25,748 bases of DNA from a virus (taxonomy: Duplodnaviria; Caudoviricetes), in the IMG/VR virus record IMGVR_UViG_3300037127_000036, positions 1 to 25,748 of that record; one strand, written 5' to 3'. This document shows positions 1 through 7,800 of the stretch, one piece after another; positions within the stretch are counted from its first letter, which is position 1; each line of letters begins with the position of its first letter. The translations under genes and the position numbers were made by a program. Below the pieces are notes generated by a model, which saw only the letters and a program-made list of their open reading frames with translations, had not been told where the DNA came from and searched no databases.

Positions 1-2
1 CA

Positions 3-251
3 TCCGAAAACGTGCAGAAAAGTGCAAGGACTCGTCTTGCTCGTCTGGCCAAAGCGGTTAACCTTAAAAGTCTTGAGAGGCGTTCTCAATTACTTGAGAT
101 TCCTTTTCTTTTAGATATTGCTATTAAAAAAGAAGAGAACGGGTTCGATCAGAATGTTATAAAAGGTTATGGTCCTTATTCCTCAAGTGGAGATGAAAAT
201 AATAATCACGAAAATACAGCAGATGAATTTGACGATGAATTACTGTTTTAG
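3..251 (+). CDS. 5'-truncated phage ssDNA-binding-like protein (DUF669-like), C-terminal part
   Basis: Frame is open from the window edge (SENVQKSARTRLARLAKAVN...PFLLDIAIKKEENGFDQNVIKGY). It ends in the acidic SSB-like tail EFDDELLF. Confidence 0.55.
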   Translation, partial: SENVQKSARTRLARLAKAVNLKSLERRSQLLEIPFLLDIAIKKEENGFDQNVIKGYGPYSSSGDENNNHENTADEFDDELLF

Positions 252-267
252 GCTAGGAAGATAATTA

Positions 268-537
268 ATGAAGATATCCGTTAATATTTATGTTGACTCT
301 GATAACGATATAGATTTAATTAAAAAGGAGTTGTTTTATCAACCAAATCAATGCATACCATCACCCGGCTTGCAAATGATTCGTGTTGAAGATATCTATG
401 CAGCCGTTATCGAGATCATGAATGAGGTTTTTATAGATGATAGCAAACTAGATGTAAAAATTAAGCCTCAAATATTAATGGATGAGCTTAAGGAGAAAGC
501 CAAAGCCATCTTAGATAAACACCATATACCATGGTAG
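268..537 (+). CDS. hypothetical protein, 89 aa
   Basis: AGGAAG RBS upstream and co-oriented with the previous gene; no recognisable motif. Confidence 0.65.
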   Translation: MKISVNIYVDSDNDIDLIKKELFYQPNQCIPSPGLQMIRVEDIYAAVIEIMNEVFIDDSKLDVKIKPQILMDELKEKAKAILDKHHIPW

Positions 538-563
538 ACATGAACGCGTATATGGTGTTTATC
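514..563 (+). terminator. long hairpin, probable terminator at the convergence of early and late transcription
   Basis: Perfect 16-bp inverted repeat GATAAACACCATATAC (514-529) / GTATATGGTGTTTATC (548-563), followed by GTTTT. Confidence 0.6.
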
Positions 564-624
564 GTTTTAATGGTAACAATAATGATTATCAAATATTAAT
601 TACCAGTAACTTACTTATCAATAT

Positions 625-933
625 TTATGGGGCCGGCAAATTACGAAGGTATTTACCAATCTCGTACAAAATTGTCCCTATAATTCCCAAAAATGGAACC
701 GTTACCGCCATAAAGGTTGTGATATTTTCTCGAATAGCTTTTATTATTCCGTAACCTCTATTTTGATGCCTGTTTGCAAGCACCAAAATCTCATTGGTTT
801 TTTTCTCAAGTTCTTCATGTCTGCTAATAAGAACAGATAAATCCACATTTATCTTGTTTATTGACTTATTTATGTCACAGAGGCTAGCTTCATGCCTATC
901 TATAGCTCTTTCAATCATGTTGACAACCTTCAT
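625..933 (-). CDS. small membrane protein (coiled coil plus C-terminal TM), lysis-cassette associated
   Basis: Heptad-like N-terminus and hydrophobic FMAVTVPFLGIIGTILY; ATGA overlap with the holin-like gene. Confidence 0.65.
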   Translation of the reverse strand: MKVVNMIERAIDRHEASLCDINKSINKINVDLSVLISRHEELEKKTNEILVLANRHQNRGYGIIKAIRENITTFMAVTVPFLGIIGTILYEIGKYLRNLPAP

Positions 934-1337
934 TTTCTAAAGACCTCAACAATGCCAGGCAATACGTTTTTTAAGCTGCTCAGCCCCCATATGGCGCCCG
1001 TGATCGCCATAAATGTTTTCTGCCACCATACAGGAACCGAGGAAATAGAATGCTCAAAATAAAGCTTTATATGCTCTGGAAAAAATATAGCAACAATGAA
1101 CGGAGATGAAAACATCAAGAAAGAAAGACGCCGCAAAAACTTATCTTTGTCCGTCAGATTAGCCATCTCCCAAGCATGATTATTCTCTTCTTTGGAAGCC
1201 AATAAACGCGCTCTGTTTTTTATCTCAGCAAGCTGCATCTGCAAAACCGCCTCTTGCTTTTTTTGACGACCTGATAACCATGTACTAAATATATTGGATA
1301 TGCCACCAATCAACTCACCTATACCAAACATATTCAT
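930..1337 (-). CDS. putative holin
   Basis: Amphipathic N-terminus, two hydrophobic segments and a basic C-terminus; lies directly after the endolysin. Confidence 0.65.
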   Translation of the reverse strand: MNMFGIGELIGGISNIFSTWLSGRQKKQEAVLQMQLAEIKNRARLLASKEENNHAWEMANLTDKDKFLRRLSFLMFSSPFIVAIFFPEHIKLYFEHSISSVPVWWQKTFMAITGAIWGLSSLKNVLPGIVEVFRK

Positions 1338-1341
1338 TTCC

Positions 1342-1899
1342 TTATGAATAAACCCGGTTCAACCATCCCTTTAAATATTTCATTCTCTGGGGCTTTTTCC
1401 TGCATATACTGCGATAAAACTCTGCAACTCTTTCCTTGAATGTTGCACTTAATGTGGCAGGGCAAAGACCATTAGCTGTCGCAATCGTTAATGGACCCAT
1501 TAAGCCATCGACAACAATATCAAAATCCTGCCGAAGATTTTTATTGATGGATTCTTGAAGAATCTTATGGCACCGCAGGGGACCAATATTAACGGATATG
1601 TCAAATACCCTTGTCGCTAAATCATCGTTATTTATGTCACCATATCGATACTTTTCCCACCAACACATCCTATAAATGTGTTTGGCCACCTCAATCGGCA
1701 TATGGCGAATGTCTTCTGAATCAATATAATTATTCTTATTGAAATCTATATCATCTAGTATTTCATAAGCATAATTTTCTCTCTCAAGATAAGTTAAGGA
1801 GATGCCATATTTAGTGGCACCCCCTACGTCATTTTCATCGTCAACAAAAGCGCCTTCGTGCTCAAGAACAACCTTTATTGCTTTTTCAAAACTAGCCAC
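1342..1899 (-). CDS. endolysin, glycoside hydrolase family 108 with PG_binding_3-type C-terminus
   Basis: HEGAFVDDENDVGGATKYGIS catalytic motif, VDGLMGPLT, and C-terminal YLKGWLNRV. Start reassigned to GTG 1899 (AAGGGGG RBS) to avoid overlap with the upstream gene. Confidence 0.9.
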   Translation of the reverse strand: MASFEKAIKVVLEHEGAFVDDENDVGGATKYGISLTYLERENYAYEILDDIDFNKNNYIDSEDIRHMPIEVAKHIYRMCWWEKYRYGDINNDDLATRVFDISVNIGPLRCHKILQESINKNLRQDFDIVVDGLMGPLTIATANGLCPATLSATFKERVAEFYRSICRKKPQRMKYLKGWLNRVYS

Positions 1900-1912
1900 C
1901 AGACAACCCCCC

Positions 1913-2647
1913 TTAGAGGATATAAGTTGCTGGGAAGTTTTTCCAATCCAAGTTGCCAGCACCTGCAAAAACACCGCTGTCTAACTTAGAAATCTCCATA
2001 CTGCCATCTGTATTAACTTTCAGAACTCCAATCACTGGAGTTAGATTGTCAACCAAATCAATGCATGGCATTACCTGGTTTGCAGATAAAGGCCTTAATG
2101 CAGGCGGAACGGTTCCAGCTGGAACTGTTACTGTATCTGCTGAATTTTGACCAGCTGAAGCGCCTGGTATTTCAAGAGTCACCCTATCACCGAGACGAGA
2201 AAATTTAATAATATCTACCTCTGGGTTAGTAAACGCCCCAGTCCAAGTCGCATTAAATGTTCCTTTGTCATAGTAATTTAATGTAGCTGGCGTCCCACCA
2301 AAAGTCGGTAAGTCAATACCTTGAGCAGTGGATGGGAAAGTTAATTTCCCGGAAACAGTTAAATTCTGAAATGTTTCAGCAAATTCAATTGACGCAACGG
2401 TTAATGGACTGGCAGAGGTAATTTGATACGTTTCATAATCCCCAGAACTATCTCTAACCCATAAAATATCATTTACAATAACATCCTCAGAATTGTTACC
2501 AAGATAGTCATCAAAATAACCTGAGGTGAAGATGATTGAAGCTGAATCGGTATCTGAATAATAAGTATGAATAGCTATACCGTTGGGTGTAGAACTGTTA
2601 TTTGTTCTTCCTCTTCCGATATTAACATTTGTTTTAATAAAAGCCAT
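1913..2647 (-). CDS. fibre paralogue 4 (shared N-terminal module plus RBP-head-like C-terminal domain), 244 aa
   Basis: MAF..IGRG..HTYYS..GYF N-terminus, LPTFGGT hinge and VPPALRP head motif; homologous to the three neighbouring genes. Confidence 0.7.
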   Translation of the reverse strand: MAFIKTNVNIGRGRTNNSSTPNGIAIHTYYSDTDSASIIFTSGYFDDYLGNNSEDVIVNDILWVRDSSGDYETYQITSASPLTVASIEFAETFQNLTVSGKLTFPSTAQGIDLPTFGGTPATLNYYDKGTFNATWTGAFTNPEVDIIKFSRLGDRVTLEIPGASAGQNSADTVTVPAGTVPPALRPLSANQVMPCIDLVDNLTPVIGVLKVNTDGSMEISKLDSGVFAGAGNLDWKNFPATYIL

Positions 2648-2664
2648 TTTTCAAATCTCCATTT

Positions 2665-3408
2665 CTATGTTAAGTTGACAAAATAATTGATAACGCTTGT
2701 GTTCCAGCCGGCATTACCTGGGGTTGCAAAATCACCAGAAGCCGCGTCACTGAATATCTGAATAGTACCAACCGTCGTTACTTTGACTTTCCCAATAGCA
2801 GGATTTCCATTATTAATTATTGGAAGAGTACCCCACATATCAACAGATGGCCTGAACTCAACAGGAAGTGTAGAGGTGCTGCTAATGAAATCTGCTGAGG
2901 TTGCAGGAAAAGATTTTCCTTCAATCACAAGCCTCACATCCTCCTGGGTTCGTCTTGCCTTTATAGCTGCCTGAGCCGATGATGCCCAAGGGCTTGCTCC
3001 AAATTCAAAAATCGCATTTACAAACTCAGAGTTGTAATTAAGAGCGGTAGATGTTCCACCAAATGTTGGCAAGAAAATTCCTTGCGCTGTCGATGGAAAA
3101 GTAATTGAGCCAGAGACAGTTAAATTCTGGAAGGTTTCAGAAAATTCTATCGAGGATATGGTTAAAGGATTTGCAGAAGTGATAGCGTAAGTCTCATAAT
3201 CCCCAGAACTATCTCTAACCCATAAAATATCATTTACAACAACATCATCTGAAGTTGCACCTAAGTAAGCATCAAAATATCCGCCAGTAAAAATAGCTGC
3301 TGCATTGTCAACATCAGAATAATAGGTGTGTATAGCAACCCCATTAGGTGTGGCGTTGTTATTTGTTGTGCCACGTCCTAGAATTACGTTTCTTTTATCA
3401 AAAGGCAT
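2665..3408 (-). CDS. fibre paralogue 3
   Basis: Start reassigned to MPFDKRNVILGRG (ATG 3408) by alignment with the paralogues; LPTFGGT hinge and TLPVEFRP motif. Confidence 0.7.
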   Translation of the reverse strand: MPFDKRNVILGRGTTNNNATPNGVAIHTYYSDVDNAAAIFTGGYFDAYLGATSDDVVVNDILWVRDSSGDYETYAITSANPLTISSIEFSETFQNLTVSGSITFPSTAQGIFLPTFGGTSTALNYNSEFVNAIFEFGASPWASSAQAAIKARRTQEDVRLVIEGKSFPATSADFISSTSTLPVEFRPSVDMWGTLPIINNGNPAIGKVKVTTVGTIQIFSDAASGDFATPGNAGWNTSVINYFVNLT

Positions 3409-3424
3409 ATCTTCGTTCCTTAAA

Positions 3425-4252
3425 TTAAATAATAATATAACTAAATGAAAAATCATTCCAAATCACATTACCGGTGCCGCTAAAAGACCCAGAAACAGGT
3501 AAAAGAAGTATTCTTCCGCCACTGGTAATTTGCACTTTAGCAGCCACAGCCACCCCGTTATCCATTGCGTCAGCCATAGGAGCATATACAGTTACTGATG
3601 GCCTTAAATGAATAGGGACTGCAGTAGGTGATAATGTAAAAATTGTCCCGGATGAGCCTTGAACTGCATTCTCATTGTCAATGACCATGTTAACTACATC
3701 GCCAGTGCGTGTATACCAAATAGTTCCAGGCTGATCGACAGAAAAAGCGCCTGTCCAGGTTACAGTAAACGAGTCTTTTTCATAATGATCAAATAATGCT
3801 GGAGTACCACCGGTTGTCGGCAATAATAATCCAGTAGTAAGCGTCATCTGGGCAAAGGTAACATCATCTGTTGTTTGTACCGGTTGATTCATTGCATAAA
3901 GCTGATTCGCACCTTGTCCTGTATCAACACTAGCAAACGTGGCAGGATCAGTAGTGTTCAAGCTTTGATTAAATGGGTTAGATGCAACCGTTGCAGCCAT
4001 TAATGTCAAAGGAGATAGCGAGCTAATATAATAATCCTGAAACTGTTGAGTCGAATCTCTTACTCTCAGCAAATCATATAACTTCACATCCTCATTTGAT
4101 GCACCTAAAAAATCAGGGAAATACAACGCACCTCCAATAGTTGCCAAATCATCTGATTCACTCAAATAAGTGTGAATTGCCAACCCTGAATCAGAAACAA
4201 AATTATTCACTCTACCTCTTCCGAGAGTTAAGCCAGCTAAACTAAATGCCAT
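3425..4252 (-). CDS. fibre paralogue 2, 275 aa
   Basis: MAFSLAGLTLGRG start, two NQxx(N/Q)TTDxxTFA shaft repeats, LPTTGGT hinge and VPIHLRP motif. Confidence 0.7.
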   Translation of the reverse strand: MAFSLAGLTLGRGRVNNFVSDSGLAIHTYLSESDDLATIGGALYFPDFLGASNEDVKLYDLLRVRDSTQQFQDYYISSLSPLTLMAATVASNPFNQSLNTTDPATFASVDTGQGANQLYAMNQPVQTTDDVTFAQMTLTTGLLLPTTGGTPALFDHYEKDSFTVTWTGAFSVDQPGTIWYTRTGDVVNMVIDNENAVQGSSGTIFTLSPTAVPIHLRPSVTVYAPMADAMDNGVAVAAKVQITSGGRILLLPVSGSFSGTGNVIWNDFSFSYIII

Positions 4253-4272
4253 AATATATCCTTATTAAAAAA

Positions 4273-5712
4273 TTAGGGTGGTGTGGTTAAAACGGGGTAA
4301 ATGCATACAAAAGTTCCCCAAGCTAAATTACCTACTCCTGAGAAAGGAACATTTCCAGGGCGAATAATTCTCATGGAACCATCAGGATAAATAGATGTAT
4401 ATCCAACATATGGCGTTCCATTATCACCAAGATTTACTTCTGTATTATTAACCTGAAGCTCAGGTCTGATTCGAAGAGGAAGTGAATTCGCTGGAATGGT
4501 TACCCCATCAGCTGTATTTTGAGGTGCATTTTCCAAGGAAACAGTCAATACAACAATATTACCAAACCTTGTAAAATAGAAGTTCCCAAGCACAGGATTA
4601 GTAAAAGCGCCAGTCCAAGAGGCCGTGAAGGTGTCAATCTCGTAATCACTTAAAATAGCGGGAGTGCCATCTGTTGTTGGAAGCTCAATACCACCATAGG
4701 TTTGAAGAACTTGGTCTGAACCTCTAATACGCAATGAGTTGGAAGGAGGGGTTTTACCTGGCCCCGTATAATCAGGAGGAATACCAGTAGCCGGAGCGGT
4801 TCCATAGACACCGCCAGTATTAATAATTACATCTGTTATAGCTTCTCCAGTTGAGTTCCCAAGGTCAATAACCACATTTCCTGAAGTATCAATACATTGA
4901 TTAAACATGTAAGTATTAGCAATATTTGTCATTTTAATAACTGGAGTATCACCACTACCCGCCCCATCGGTATCACCCTCCAAGAAAAATATAATATTTT
5001 GTTTGGCTTGGAAATTCATTAAGCAATTTTGTGTCTGAGGGATAGCAATAACATCACCAATCTTCATCAAAACATCATTGCCTTGACCTTTTACTTTTAT
5101 TCCTGTTCCATTATATCTTTCTCTGATAACATCGAATCGGCCAAAATCAGACTCAATTCTAGCGGCAACAGGCAAAAAAACATTATTTGCATCATCAATA
5201 CTGACATTAGAACCCTGAATAATATCCCCCGTTGTACCATCAAATCTTGGGATCGTATTATCAACGGAACTCACAGGACCCTGAACCCCACTAAATTCCA
5301 GATTAACAGCGCCTTTATATATAGCACCATCAATGGAATTAACCCATAATGTATTTACTCCTCCTGGATTAGAAGGAGTAGGCGTTAATGTTGTTGATGC
5401 AAACGTTACATTATCTGCAGTATTCAACGATTGATTGAACGGATTATCCGAAATGACAGTCTCAACAATTGTTGCTGGTGATAATGAAGTGACTTTATAA
5501 GCCCTATCGTTTCCGTTTCCCTGTAATATTAAAATATCATCTACTTTTATGTCGCCAGCAGTTGCACTGAAATTATCTGGAAAATAACCATTAGCCGATA
5601 TTTCAGCTAAAGAATCATCGGAACGATAAAAGTGCTGCGCCATTCCTGTGAAAGTTGCAGATGAATTGTAAACGCCACGACCTAAAGTAAGGCCGCCTTT
5701 TGAAAAAGCCAT
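4273..5712 (-). CDS. fibre paralogue 1 (long form with inserted middle domains), 479 aa
   Basis: MAFSKGGLTLGRG start, fibre repeat GPVSSVDNTIPRFDGTTG, LPTTDGT hinge and SLPLRIRP motif. Confidence 0.7.
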   Translation of the reverse strand: MAFSKGGLTLGRGVYNSSATFTGMAQHFYRSDDSLAEISANGYFPDNFSATAGDIKVDDILILQGNGNDRAYKVTSLSPATIVETVISDNPFNQSLNTADNVTFASTTLTPTPSNPGGVNTLWVNSIDGAIYKGAVNLEFSGVQGPVSSVDNTIPRFDGTTGDIIQGSNVSIDDANNVFLPVAARIESDFGRFDVIRERYNGTGIKVKGQGNDVLMKIGDVIAIPQTQNCLMNFQAKQNIIFFLEGDTDGAGSGDTPVIKMTNIANTYMFNQCIDTSGNVVIDLGNSTGEAITDVIINTGGVYGTAPATGIPPDYTGPGKTPPSNSLRIRGSDQVLQTYGGIELPTTDGTPAILSDYEIDTFTASWTGAFTNPVLGNFYFTRFGNIVVLTVSLENAPQNTADGVTIPANSLPLRIRPELQVNNTEVNLGDNGTPYVGYTSIYPDGSMRIIRPGNVPFSGVGNLAWGTFVCIYPVLTTPP

Positions 5713-5722
5713 TTAAAACCCC

Positions 5723-6013
5723 TTATTCAGAAGTAAACACGTAAATGCCGGTGGCTGTAGTATTTAAACTTAATATGCGTCGACCAACTTGATTATACTC
5801 GACGCCTGGTTGGCAAGCTGGAACTAACACAGCTTCACCAAGCTGATTTTCATACTCAACATCACCGGCTACCGTAACCATTATTTTTTTAAAATATGGA
5901 AAGCTTTGGAAACTATCAGGAGTAGCCGCCTCGCCTCTACGTGTATGAAGGCCAATCTGAAAGTCACGTGATTCTGGATTTAAGTTTAAAATTCTTGTAT
6001 TGGTTACGCTCAT
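5723..6013 (-). CDS. putative head-spike base protein (RcGTA Rcc01079-like)
   Basis: 96 aa with the pattern TP-D...IMVTVAGDV...G..V..PG...RRILSLNTTATGIY, matching the remembered family pattern (TPSD..GxV..RVLATGTTAT). Confidence 0.7.
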   Translation of the reverse strand: MSVTNTRILNLNPESRDFQIGLHTRRGEAATPDSFQSFPYFKKIMVTVAGDVEYENQLGEAVLVPACQPGVEYNQVGRRILSLNTTATGIYVFTSE

Positions 6014-6024
6014 AATATTTATTC

Positions 6025-7719
6025 CTATAATTTAACGTGCAAAAACATATATGCAGTTGGCTGATAGAGACTAAACGACTCATTGTTACCTACAATACTC
6101 GTTGTGGTATTAATCACAGTTTGTGGTGATCTAAATACACTTGTAGTGCCTGCGGATTCATTCGCTACAACAAAATTACTTTCTTTATAAACATAATCAT
6201 GGCTATGCGCCGGCATCTGGTTCGTCGTTAAGACATGATCGTCAGCACCACGTTTAAGTTCTACAGAGGTTACGCCCACATTGACCGGAGCAATAACTCT
6301 TCCCACATAACCAGGAAACTGAATAGTTTTATTTGCATCAAAGTCGTCATCAGCACTTGTGCCTCTTCCTGCGCTTACTGGTGCATTAGCATCAGTAAAA
6401 GAATTCCAAATCAATCTATAAAGTTTTCTTGTCGCCTCGCCAGGCCATGTCGCACCACTAGCAGCGTTACCAAGGGTTTCACCTGGATTTTTAAATACAA
6501 CCCAGCCCTGTGATGGATTGGGGTCAATAGAAAGCTTGCTATCCCCTGTTTTTGGAAGATGGCCATAAATTAATTCGGCTAATATTTTTGATGCAGTTTT
6601 ATTATAATCCTCAAAAATAAAATCATTTATGATTGCGCCACTTGCAGGAACAATCACGGCCTGCAAATTGTCGATCATAAATTCTTCTGTAGTATTCTTA
6701 GGAATTGACCATCTTAACCGAATTGCATCATCTTTATTAGCACCAATGGTTTTACCTGCAACCGAAGGAACAGAATACGTAAGTGATACTCTATCCCATA
6801 CCCCATTAGGAAATGTAAATGCCTCTGGCGTTCCGGGAACAACCGCTGATTCACCCCCGCCTGTACCAAAATATTGTTCAACTTTAAATTCTGTTGCGAC
6901 AGAGGCTCCAGTACATTTAGCATCAAAACTTATTCGAATATCTTGACCGGAGAATGTTCGCACATCACCAATAGTGTAAACCACATCTAAAGTTGTAGCA
7001 GCAATAGCATTGGTTGATTCATATGAAAAATATCTAGGTGAATTAGAGCCTGGGCCGGCGGGTGGTACGTCTCCAGGAGTGGTGTCAACAAACTTAATTG
7101 TATCGGTTAAGCCACCAGGACTCACCTTATGAAATGACCATCCAGTTGTAACATCGGCATCGCTTATTTTATTGCCAGTAGTAACATTAGAACCGTCTGA
7201 ATAAAGGCCGCTAGAATCTATTGATTTTGTACTGCCGCCACCAGGAGCGATATATGTGTATCCCTCTGGCACCGGAAATATCGGCTCTAAAATGGTGGTA
7301 CCTATATTGGGAATGCCGCCAAAAATTTCATTTCTTATAAAGTGAAATTGACCATTAACAATATGGTTTTCAACATCAACATTATTTTCAACAGGGGTAG
7401 CACCACCGCCAGAACCAACGATGGGAAAGTCGTCAACAGTAGATATAATATTTCCATCAGCATCTTTAACCACAATGTAATAACGATCTATACCATTCTC
7501 CTCCCAGTAAATAGGAGAAGGGGTTCCACCAGACCCATCAAGTATAATTGGATTTGGATACTCAAAGGTAGGATTTGCGCTAGGTATGCTGTAAACAGGC
7601 TTTCGAGTTACTCGATCAAGACTGCTGTACATATCAATAGTACCGCCTACAGCCGGCCTTCCGGTATCATCATGAAAATACCATACAGGATTGGGAGCTA
7701 AAAAAAATGTTGACGGCAT
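6025..7719 (-). CDS. tail fibre / tailspike-position protein
   Basis: Podophage virion-attachment N-terminus (PVWYFHDDTGRPAVGG...NPIILDGSG...YYIVVKDADG), beta-sandwich-like middle and collar-like C-terminus (HVLTTNQMPAHSH). Confidence 0.8.
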   Translation of the reverse strand: MPSTFFLAPNPVWYFHDDTGRPAVGGTIDMYSSLDRVTRKPVYSIPSANPTFEYPNPIILDGSGGTPSPIYWEENGIDRYYIVVKDADGNIISTVDDFPIVGSGGGATPVENNVDVENHIVNGQFHFIRNEIFGGIPNIGTTILEPIFPVPEGYTYIAPGGGSTKSIDSSGLYSDGSNVTTGNKISDADVTTGWSFHKVSPGGLTDTIKFVDTTPGDVPPAGPGSNSPRYFSYESTNAIAATTLDVVYTIGDVRTFSGQDIRISFDAKCTGASVATEFKVEQYFGTGGGESAVVPGTPEAFTFPNGVWDRVSLTYSVPSVAGKTIGANKDDAIRLRWSIPKNTTEEFMIDNLQAVIVPASGAIINDFIFEDYNKTASKILAELIYGHLPKTGDSKLSIDPNPSQGWVVFKNPGETLGNAASGATWPGEATRKLYRLIWNSFTDANAPVSAGRGTSADDDFDANKTIQFPGYVGRVIAPVNVGVTSVELKRGADDHVLTTNQMPAHSHDYVYKESNFVVANESAGTTSVFRSPQTVINTTTSIVGNNESFSLYQPTAYMFLHVKL

Positions 7720-7720
7720 G

Positions 7721-7798
7721 TTAACTTTCCTTATTTCTTAGCAAATCAAATAAAAATATAAAGCATAAGATGGATAAATATAAATAAACAAACTTCAT
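7721..7798 (-). CDS. putative 25-aa hydrophobic micro-protein MKFVYLYLSILCFIFLFDLLRNKES
   Basis: Fills the intergenic gap: ATG 2 nt after the upstream stop and TAA 1 nt before the tail fibre ATG. Confidence 0.4.
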   Translation of the reverse strand: MKFVYLYLSILCFIFLFDLLRNKES

Positions 7799-7800
7799 AA

